This document shows positions 10,501-22,500 of a stretch of 64,000 nt of DNA, one piece after another. Numbering within the stretch: position 1 is the stretch's first letter; each line of letters opens with the position of its first letter. The notes beneath the pieces were generated by a model that was given only the letters and a program-made list of their open reading frames with translations, made no database searches and was not told the origin of the DNA. Source of the DNA: Bispira polyomma (lineage: Eukaryota); the NCBI GenBank assembly GCA_965649765.1, contig OZ287759.1:42532001-42596000 (forward strand), read 5' to 3'. The position numbers and the translations under genes were made by a program.

Positions 10501-13500
10501 CAATAGACTACCACTGGCAATACCTGGAAATAAATCAATATACAGAAGAAAACTGACACTGGTATCACATAATAGGTGTGTTAAAGAAAACTACCACTGG
10601 TATCACACATAGGTGTACAAAACCACTAGGAATAAGCCTCAGTTATAATTTGTATGACTAAATATCATTAAAATTAGACATCACTTATATTTAACAACAG
10701 GGATCTTTGATTATTTTGGCATTTAAGAAAAAATAACTCGCAAGCAAAAACAAAACATACATCATACTAATGAAAATCTACAGTTCAAAATATCAGAAAT
10801 ATTACTTGTTATGTTATAAAAACTTACCGCAAAGGCAAAGAAATGATCTTTGAATTTTATGCCAAACATAAACTCTGCCCCTGCCTCAGCGTGTCCCAGA
10901 AACTCTGCGACTCTGTCCCCCAGCCACTGGAAGGCATTGTATCCCCAGGTCCAGCGTAAAATGATCAGAGCAAATATAAACTGGAGAGCAATTCCCCACA
11001 GAACTGCTCGCCAGTTCACCTACAACAACCAGTATTAGATTGGATTTTTGATTTTTAATGTGCCTTATTGATGTGAGGCATCTTCTAAAGGACAATAATT
11101 CAGATAACCATTAAAAAAGTCCAAACACTATAGACAAGGTCATAAAGAAGGACGTGGGGGTGTACAGGAAGAGTTTGAAGAGGTAGGTTTTAAGCTTTTT
11201 CCTAAAACCAGAAAGTGTTTCAAGTGATCTAAGCTCAACAGGGAGACTAATTTCATAACATAGGGGCAGCAATAGAAAAAGTTCTAGAACGAGCCCACTT
11301 GGTAGGTTTAACAGTGGCAACGGAAAGTCTCTTTCCCCTTTTACGATTACTGAAGAAAAGGAGAGCAGCAAGGTAGGAGGGCTGTTGAGAGACAGCAGCT
11401 TTGAAAGTAGTTACATGGATTATAATAAAAATACAAAAGTGAATGGGAAGCCAAAGTAGTTCCTTGAGGTATAAAGAGACATTAGTACAGATCTCCAGAT
11501 AAAAAATTACTTAAGACAGATAGTTTTGAATAGACTGTAACTTGTTTATGGGAGACCATTATGCTCTGAGCAGAATGGAGTTACTTTTGGGCAGTAATAT
11601 GTGAATGTGATAGTGACAGGAGCGGCAAATGTTGCTTTTGTGTGTATCAAATGAGAAAGTGGAGTCAATGTACACCCTGTGTTTCTTACTATTCATGAGA
11701 ATAAATTCAGTTTCGATTTAATTTCAATTTTGAGTAATTCATCCAAGCTTGTACTGAAGGAAAGACAGTCAGCATGTAGACCCAGACTTGTGTGGGTGTT
11801 TTGGGGGGTTAAAAGTTGTGATTTTTTATATGTTTAAATTGGGATATTTAACGTCCAATTTATATTGGGACGGGTAGTTGGAAATGTTGGAGGAAACACT
11901 GCATACAGTTTGTCATGTCAAGGTTATGCACTGAAACCAGCGGCCCACAGTAAGGAACTACCACCTTTCCCACATAGGCATCGACTGGAGTTGGACTCAC
12001 GCCGACTGTAACTGTACCAAGGGAATGTGTGTAGAGTGTACAAAGTAGAGACAAGAGGGTCGACCCCTGGGGTACTTCAAAATGTAGGCTGAAACAGGAT
12101 GCAAACTGATCATCCAGTTCGATTTTTGGGGTAAGCCAGATAGGATCTTAGTCTAAGACTATGATATTTAAAACAACTGTTTGAGGGTCTCGAATAGTAT
12201 ATTATTGTCGATGGTATCAAAAGCTACTGAGAGATGTAGAAGGGTGAGAGTTACAGTTTCATGACAAACCAAGGCAAGGGTTATGTCATTACTGATGGAG
12301 AGGGTGGCACTTTTCATGGAATTTTCTGTACGCGGACTGGTGGGAGTTGGGACGTTTTTGTTTATCATGGTGGACATGGATTTGATTTGTAAAGTATCCA
12401 AAGGTAGGGACAACTTTACAACAAATATGAGAAAAAAATAAATAGAAATAAGAAATAAGCCAGTTATAAGCACTTTAAAATTTGGCTACCCTTATTTGAC
12501 CTTCAAGGAGGGGCCCAAGGTCAAACCTGACCACATCAGAAGACTTCCAGCCCATGATTTCCTATAGGTTAGTTTCACATTCCAAAACTGTAGAACCAAT
12601 AATAAGTGAGTTTTTAGCACTTTTAAGTTTGGCTACCCTCATCTGACCTTGAAGGAGGGGCCCAAGGTCAAATCTGACACATCAGAAGATTGCCAGTCCA
12701 CGATTACCTATAAGTTGGTTCACATTGCAAACCTCTAGGACCAATAATAAGCAAGTTATTAGCACTTTTAAGTTTGGCTATCCTCATTTGACCTTGAAGG
12801 AGGGGCCCAAGGTCAAACCTGACCACATCAGATGACTCCCAGCCCATGATTTCCTATAGGTTGATTTCACATGTTAAAACTGTAGGACCAATAATAAGTG
12901 AGTTATAAGCACTTTTAAGTTTGGTTATCCTCGTTTGATCTTAAAGGAGGGGCCCAAGGTCAAACCTGACCACATCAGAAGATTCCCAGCCCATAATTTC
13001 CTACAGGTTGGCTTCACATGCCAAACCTCTAGGACCAATAATAAGGAAGTTAAAGTCTGCTATGTGGGGTACTTTGGCAATCTGTGGATGACCTTGAATG
13101 AAGAGCTTCAAAGTCAAATGTCTGCATGCTTGTAGAGGACATAAATATCTGTTATACATATCACCTATGAAGAGATTCAACCTTCTAGTTACGAGAACCA
13201 GCCATTAGAGACAGGTAGATAATTTTCAAAAAAATGCCCTTGGCGGCCATCTTGTTTTTCAGAATGAGGCTTATTTCGGTCACAAAGAAGCTTACCACCC
13301 AATAAAGATATCCTGCAAATTTGGTAAAGCTAGCTGGTTTAGTTTTCCGCTGAGAGGGGTAACGGCAAAAATGTCTCTGCGGCGGCTGTGGCGTAGCGAA
13401 CGCTAAACCAAAGTATCCACCGATCTCCGGTGGATACAATAATATTAGGCATAACTGAGAACTTGTTATTTACACTTAAAGTTTGTAATATGTAGATGAA

Positions 13501-16500
13501 TGTGGCCGATCTCCACACAGATCAGATAGCGGTAATATGAGGATGTACTCACATGTGCTGGGCTGTAGGAGAAGACATAACAAAGGAAGAGGTAGGTCAG
13601 TAGACCACCCAGAGACACCAGGTTGTAAGGCTTCTTGGTAAGGTGGAAGACATCTACCAGGATAAAGGTGACAACAGCCACATAGATCAAGGCAAGGATC
13701 ACCCTACATAGACAGGTCAAAAGGTACAAAATATAGGGCAAGATCACCCTACATAGACAGGTAATAAGGTATAAAATATGGGGTGAGGATTACCCTACAT
13801 AGACAGGTAATTAGGTATAAAATATGGGCTGAGGATCACCCTACATAGAAAGGTAATTAGGTACAATGTATAGGGAGAGGATCATTCTACATAGACAGGT
13901 AATAAGGTATAAAATATGGGGTAAGGATCACCCTACATAGACAGGTAAAAGGTACAAAATATAGGGCGAGGATCACCCTACACAGACAGGTAATTAGGTA
14001 CAGAATATGGGGAGAGGATCACCCTACATAGACAGGTAATTAGGTACAAAGTTTTGGGAGAGGATCATCCTACATAGACAGGTAATTAGGTACAAAGTTT
14101 TGGGAGAGGATCATCCTACATAGAAAGGTAATTAGGTACAAAGTATAAGAAGAGGATCACTCTACATGGACAGGTAATTAGGTAAAAAATAAAGGGGGAG
14201 GATCACCCTACATAGACAGGTAATTAGGTACAAAGTTTTGGGAGAGGATCACTCTACATAGACAGGTAATTAGGTACAAAGTTTTGGGAGAGGATCATCC
14301 TACATAGAAAGGTAATTAGATACAAAGTATAGGGAGAGGATCACCCTACATAGAAAGGTAATTAGGTACAAAGTATAAGAAGAGGATCACTCTACATAGA
14401 CAGGTAATTAGGTACAAAGTATAGGGAGAGGATCACCCTACATAGAAAGGTAATTAGGTACAAAATATAGGGAGAGGATCACCCTACACAGAAAGGTAAT
14501 TAGGTACAAAATATAGGGAGAGGATCACCCTACACAGACAGGTAATTAGGTACAAAATACCTATATGTCAACTAGAATTACCCTACATAGAGAGTCATGT
14601 GATTATACACATATTATATCAACTAGAATCACCCTACATAGAGAGACATGTGATTATACACATAATATAAGACAAGGATCAATCACCTTAAAGGTACAAA
14701 CAATATGCGATTACTAATTGTTTTCACGTAAACAGTTGGTTTGGGGGTTATACCAACATTTGATAATAATGTTTTTCAATTTGAAGTTATTGTTGTATCA
14801 GCGGGTATATAAACTAAAGTAACCATTATGTTTATATGTCATTCTAAAAACAAGAGGAGAATGGCCTGGCGGCCATATCATGATAATGCCACTACAAAGC
14901 AAGTTACAGATGAGTCGAAAATAGCGAACCAGTTACTAGTTAGCAGTTTGAAATGGATTTCGAGAACCATCTACTGTTGGTACCTGATAAGTTAAACCAA
15001 AGGGAAAAATTCAAATCTGAGACATCTATGTACAAACAAATGAATCACATATAAAAATGTTTTGATAATTTTTATTTTGATGATTTATTTTTCACACAAG
15101 AGAATGACCAGTTTGCAGTGTGCAAATGTTAGGCCCAATTTCTGGGCTGCAAAACTGTTACTAAATAGACAGATGATAGTTTTTCTGATATAGGTGTTGT
15201 TACACGAAACAAATATTTTAAGTGAATTATTCTTATAGATCCAACCATTTGGTCACAGGTCCAGTAAACCACCGCTGACACGATATCATGTATTATGAAT
15301 AAACCTCCAACAACCTACCACATTATATAATACATAATTAATAGTTATTAAAAAATTATAACAAAAATGTTGACTATAAAACCTCCAAAATGTTTTATTT
15401 TACAATTTTATGTACAAAGTATTGTGTAGCTGTTCTATATTTTTTTACACACAGAACAAAAGTTGTCTTCCATGTATGTAGTATGTATAAAGTTTCATTA
15501 GAAATCCCCACCCCCTCCCTCTCCAAGTTTTCTTGCTTTTGTACTAGTCCCCCACCCCCGTCCCAGTTTTCTGGCTTTTGTACTGGTACTGATTACCCTT
15601 TCCATTTCCTTTCCAAAGTTCTTCTATGGAGCGTTGTAGAACTGTATACTGCTTGTAAAAACAGTATTCAGGCCATTGTTGCATCATTTTTAAAGCCATA
15701 TTTTTGTAGGGTGAGTAAAGGTTTGATGTTTTAAACTGTAAAAAAAATAAAAGTATAGTGATTTAAGGTAAATAGACCACTTAGTTGAAGTCCAGTTTAA
15801 TAGATATTTATGTTGTATTCAACTTAATGAAAAGAACCAATGAAGAAAAAAAATAAACCAACCATGACCTGGACACACATTGTGACCATCAGTGTATGCA
15901 TATGAAAAGGGAGGTGTTTGTCTTTACCTTACTTTTACAGCAGTACACTGGATGTCAAAATCATGTTTTGTTATAACTGCTTCAATTTTTACAGAAGGGT
16001 GCAGCATCACACAATATTGTCATCCTTTCATTATCCATCAGAGGATAAAGTTTATCCAAATTTACTAGGACTCTTATTGTATTTGTCTTGAAGATTAAAC
16101 AGCCAACCCTCCACTCCCCCAAAATATGTATCCCTTAAAATACCCCCCACCCTATTTAATACACCACCTCTAATTACTCTTACACCTTTATCCTTATAAA
16201 CACCAACAAATGCTCAGAGACATGGCCATAATCCTGAAGACAAACAAAATCAATAATGAAGTAATAGATATAATATTAAAAGCAAACTAGTTCTGTCTAA
16301 ACGAAAAAAAACATCTACTTTTCCAAAGGGGGTTTGGGGGCTTGCCCCAAGTTAGAAATACCTGTATTATAGTATAAAATAGGCAAACAGATTAACATTC
16401 AATAATTAATTAAATTTCACAATACCATGAGCACCCATTCCAAAATAGCCATTTATTTTTGGTATTTCTAACTTTCTAAAAAACTCCATTTATCCTATCA

Positions 16501-19500
16501 GTAAGTTCCCTACCAGGATAAGTGCCCATTAACTAAAGTGGGGGGGGGGGGGGGTGTTAAGTCCCCTTCAAGAATAATTATTAGCAAAAATTTAAAATGT
16601 TTTTCGCAAAATTAAGACAATGAAACTAAATGACTAATTGAGGAAGGGTGTTATGTAAGGGGGATTATGTGAGGGGGGCCTTATTGTTTTCTGGATACCC
16701 TTCATATCTAAACTATATCCGTTCTAGTGAGCAACTTTATCCTCACACACACCTGTCAATGGTCACAAGCATGCGCCGCCCATAATACAAATAAAAGCAA
16801 AAAAAATTGTCTAAAAGACAGAAAAATTAACTGTCTTTTAAATGATTTCCTTTCAAATGAGGGTTTGGAGGCTTGCCCCCATGTTAAGTGGGGGTTCCAC
16901 ATTCAGGATTTGGTCCCCGACCTTCCCGACTTTGAGGTCCGGGACACGTACAGGGAGGTCGGGGAGCAAAAACGGGGTGGTCAGGAAAGTCGGGAAGAAT
17001 ATAAAAAAAGTTAGATATTTTGAAAAGTGTCCCGACTTTTGGTCCCGGACCTTAAAGTCGGGACCATCAATACGTTCGATCCTATTGGCGATACGTTCTG
17101 TCTGATAGGTCTTAATATCACTCCCGGCCTGTCCTAACGCTGGCCCGTCGAAACGTATAGGTCGGGGCGAAAACGGGGCGGTCTGGAAGGTTGGGAAGAA
17201 TTTAGACACATATTTTAAACCTAGTTTGTCATTTTGGCAGTCCTGATAACGGAAATCAGTTTAAAAGTTGTTTACCTTTGCGACATCAAACCCATTTCAG
17301 GTTCAGTTCATGTACGCGAACGATGAAATTATTTGCTGTTATTTACCACAAACTTTTATCAAAAATGAGGTTTAAACAGGTCTTATTTCTTTTATTTCAT
17401 AAGGTCATCTCATTTTGTCATATATATTATATACAATAAGAGTCCCGACTTTGACTTTTTATGTTCGATCTTTATGGTCGGGGATCTAAATCTGTGAGAT
17501 CCTATTGGCGATACGCTTGATCCTAGGGCGATACGTCAGATCCTATCACTAGTAAGTTCGATCCTATCCTGGTTCAAGTAAGATCAGGGTCAGCGTCCCG
17601 TTCAATCGGGAAGGCCGCCCCACACATTAATTTTCCCGCCCAAACATGGATTTTATTGATTTTTTCGCCCCGACCTTCCTGACTTTAAAATCGGGCCCAT
17701 TTCGCCGATCGAACTTGAATGTGGAACCCCCCCCTTTATAATTACTTAATTATAGCCAGTTCAGACTAATCCAGATTGACCCGGATTCAGATAGAACCAG
17801 ATTCAACTACTTTTCTTCGCACACTGATGACCAATATTTTAATTTAAGTTTTAAAGTTTATTTTTATTTAACACAATAAAAAGCCCATGCTTAATAATCA
17901 GTGCCAAGACCTCAAACCTTTAACTCTTAATTATAGACAAATTGAAATCACGCTCCAGAAGTATTCTATTTGTTTCACTAAAGCACATCAAAGAAGTTAA
18001 GCTTGAACACAGACAGATCAAGCACTAATTGAATAGGCCAAAGTGATGATGTAATTTTTTTACTTACCACAGTTCATTTTATTAAATTTGGGAGATTTAT
18101 GTACAGTAGCATACAGTAAATATTATCCGATAAGATCGTGATATAGTTCACGCTTATAAATAGACCTATACAGGCAGAATATGGGAGTTCTGTGTACACT
18201 AGTATATGGCTAACTTTATCAGATCACAGTGGGATATACTTCATTTCCAGAATGACCTATACAGGGCATATATGGGAGTGATGTGAACAGTAGTGTATTG
18301 GCAACTTTATCGGATCATAGTGCGATATACTTCACTTCTAGACAGACCTATACAGGCTTAATATGGGAGTTGTGTGTGTAGTAGTATATAGAACACAATA
18401 TCCGACCATAGCGTGATATAATTCATATAGTAAACAATATCTGCTCATAGCGCGATATACTTCATTTCTAGACAGACCTACACAGGGTTAATATGGGAGT
18501 TGTGTGTGTGGTAGTATAAAGTAAACAATATCTGCTCATAGGGCGATATACTTCATTTCTAGACAGACCAACACAGGGTTAATGTGGGAGTTGTGTGTGT
18601 AGTACTATATAGTAAACAATATCCGCTCATAGCGCGATATACTTCATTTCTAGACAGCCCTATACAGGCTTTATATGGGAGTAGTATACAGTAAACTTTA
18701 TCCGCTCATAGCGTGATTTACTTCAATTCAAGACAGACCTATACTGTACAGGCTTCATATGGCAGGTGTGTGTATATTAGTATATAGCAAACTTTATCCG
18801 TTCATAGCATGATATACTTCAACTGAAGGTGGACAGAGAGAATATCCTCATTATCTTCGAATAACGGTACAATATCCTCCATATCGATACTCTTTATATG
18901 GGAATTGTGTGTGTAGTAGTACATAGTAAACATTATCCAATCATAGCGTGATACACCTCATTTTTACACAGACCTATACAGTGGCAATATGACCAAACTA
19001 TATCCTCATTATCCTCAAATAGAGATACAATATCCTCCATATCGCGTTTTACCCCCATTTACAATGTACAGGGATTATCGTCCATCCCAGAAATAGGGTA
19101 GATCCTGCACCATACTCAATTTTTAAGGGCAGTTTTTATAGTTAGGGTAGAAGCAAATGTTTGTGTTGTTGTTTTAAACATAGACCGATAAAATGATTGC
19201 TTTAAGCTCAAAGCATTTTTAATACATAAATATATATATGATTAGATTGTATGAAATTAATAAAAAATTATGAAAACATTAAAAAAAAAATAGAAATAGG
19301 ACGCCCTGTTAAGAGTAGCTGCAACATATGAAAAGAAACAGGATAGCATAGAAGAACACACATTAGCATGTGTAATGTCCACCCCATGAACCTTTTGGAA
19401 CAATTGCACAGTAGTGTTACAGGACTGTTTTGTTTGTAAAATATATCAACGATGCTCCAAAATTTATTAGTATACATGTAAATTATTTCAACTGCACGGA

Positions 19501-22500
19501 CAAAATGTCGTTGGGACAAATTACCGAGGGGACAAAATGGCAGTCAAAATTGCAAGGGGGACAAAATGCTGTTTAACTAAATGGTACACATTTACACAAG
19601 CACTGCCTAGTAGTGTACACCATGTATCAGATTCCTGAAAAAAGCCCATCAGGAAAAATGTCCATCAAGTGAATCCCATCAGCTAAAGTGATAAGTGGGA
19701 AAATTGGCCATCAATTCAGCTAAAGTGATGGGTGGGAAAATTGGCCATCAATTTTGCAAAATTTCTTCACAACAGATAATTTAACTATTATTTATAAAAA
19801 TCTGATGTAAGGTAATGATAAACTACATTTACAATTAAGGTCCATTTTTTTTTCAGGTTTATGTACAAGTTTCATAAGTTTATTTATTTAAATCAAAAGA
19901 ATAGTGCATAAATTTCATGTTATTTTATTTGTATCAAAAGAAGGGTGCACAAGTTTCCTAATTTTTTATTTACACCAAAGGAAGGGTGTAATGTGGTGTG
20001 TCTACTCAGGCGAGATCAAGAAAAAGCTATTGTTCGTTGTATAATCTGTGCGTGAATTCTTTGAAAGCTCAAAAGAAATCAATTGATGGGCAGTGTGTGA
20101 GAGTAATAACAAATTGCTCTATCTCGCACGGTTAAAGATAGAAGCAAATTTGTGTTTTTCCAGTTTTTGCAAAAATTCGAAAATTCAAAATGGCCGCCAT
20201 TTTTGGGGAGAGGAAAATTTTTTGAAAAATGCCTATAGTACATTTTTAGATACCCTGTGGGTTGAAAATTTCGACAAAATCACTCTATCTCGCATGGTTA
20301 AGGAGATAGAAGCAAATTCGTGTTGTTCCATTTTGGGCAAAAATTCTAAAATTCAAAATGGCCGCCATTTTTGGGGAGAGGAAATTTTTTGAAAATTGCC
20401 AATAGCACATTTTTTAGATATCCTGTGGGTTGAAAATTTCGACGAAATCACTCTATCTGGCACGGTTAAGGAGATAGAAGCAAATTTGTGTTTTTCCATT
20501 TTTGGCAAAAATTCGAAAAATCAAAATGGCCGCCATTTTTGGGGAGAGGAAAACTTTTCGAAAATTGCCAAGAGTACATTGATTAGATACCCTGTGGGTC
20601 TAAAATTTCAACGAAATCGCTTTATCTCGAACGGTTAAGGAGATAGAATCAAATTTGTGTTTTTCCAGTTTTGGCAAAAATTCGAAAATTCAAAATGGCC
20701 GCCATTTTTGGGGAGAGGAAAATTTTTTGAAAATTGCATATAGTACATTATTTAGATACCCTGTGGGTCGAAAATTTCGATGAAATCTCTCTATCTCGCA
20801 CGGTTAAGGAGATAGAAGCAAATTTGTGTCTTTCCAGTTTTGGCAAAAATTAAAAAAAATCAAAATGACTGCCATTTTTGGGGAGAGGAAAATTTTTTGA
20901 AAATTGCCTATAGTACATTTTTTAGATACCCTGTGGGTCGAAAATTTCAACAAAATCGCTCTATCTCGCACGGTTAAAAAGATAGAAGCAAATTTGTGTT
21001 TTTCTAGTTTTGGCAAAAATTCTAAAATTCAAAATGGCCACCATTTTTTGGGAGAGGAAATTTTTTTGAAAATTGCCTATAGTACATTTGTTAGACACCC
21101 TGTGGGTCGAAAATTTTGACGAAATCGCTCTATCTCGCATGGTTAAGGAGATAGAAGCAAATTTACGTTTTTCCATTTTGGGCAAAAATTCGAAAATTCA
21201 AAATGGCCGCCATTTTTGGAGAGAGTAAATTTTTTTTCAAAAGAGTATATCACTTAGATACCCTGAGGGTCAAAAATTTCGACAAAATCGCTCTATCTCG
21301 CACGGTTTAGGAGATAGACATATTTATGTTTTTTGTTATGTAGCTATTACTACTAAAATTAGCTAAGTAGCTATTGCTGAGTCAGTTATATAGCTATTAT
21401 CACTAAAAGCAATCCCAAGCAAGTTATTGACCTAACTATTGGTCATACCAAATTTGGTAAAGATATGTCAAATATTTTTCCTTAAAATGCCCGGAAACAA
21501 AAGAAGTACATAAAAGTAAGTAAGTAGCTTTTACTCAGTTAGCTATACAGCTATCTTCACCAAAAGCAATTCCATGCAAGCTATTAACCCAATAAACACC
21601 CATACCAAATTTGGTAAACATAGGATAAATACTTTTCCTTGAAATGACCGGAAACCAAACACGGCGGACGCCGGAAAAAGCAAAAATAATATGTCCACCG
21701 CCCACTGGGGTGGACATAATTAAAGCAATTATAATCAAGCCAAATATTGTGACCAGCAGTATATGTAGGAGAACTGACTAGTGTAAACCCCAATCACACA
21801 CGAATCCAGGAACTTTGCCCTCAGGAACTTTGCCCACAAGGGACTTTTCCCACAGGAACTTTGCCAACAGTAACTTTGTCCACAACCATTTTTACAGGGT
21901 AGGACTTCTGCCCACAATATAAATTTTGCCCACCACAAAGACATTTTTTTTTATTGCAATTATTATTCACCTTAGATAACTGCTTATGACATAATAGTTT
22001 CAAAAGACATCAAACATTAATTGACCTTCACCAAAAGCTTCCCTGCTTCCTAATATTCACCTTAGATAACTGTGTGATAAGTAAAAGTGAACATAGCCAC
22101 AGTAGTGATGAATACAAAGTGCAAGCAGTTAAAGTCAAAACTACTATGAAGGATCATGCCACAGCTACCAGAGGTAAACCATCCCAGATTGTTGCTGACA
22201 ATGTAGATAATGTGCCAGTGGAAGTCAGGGCTACATTTGCAAATATGGAATCTGTAAAACGAGTAATCCCCAAACAGAAGAGAGGTGCACTTCCTAAGGA
22301 CCCATCGTCCCTCCATGAGCTTGAGCTTGAAGAAAAGTGGACTTCATTTAGTGGGAAGAATTTCCGATTCATGACAGTGAAAAATAAGTAAATAACAGGA
22401 TGATGGTTTTTGCTACACCAGTTGGACTACGTTACCTTGCTAGAAAACACTAGAAGAATTTCTGAAGTCTGTTGGTGCCACGATCAGTTAAACTAAAAAC

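Noticed and set aside
20093-21185. Cluster of short similar ORFs
   Set aside because: They are translations of the ~169-bp satellite core, not genes.
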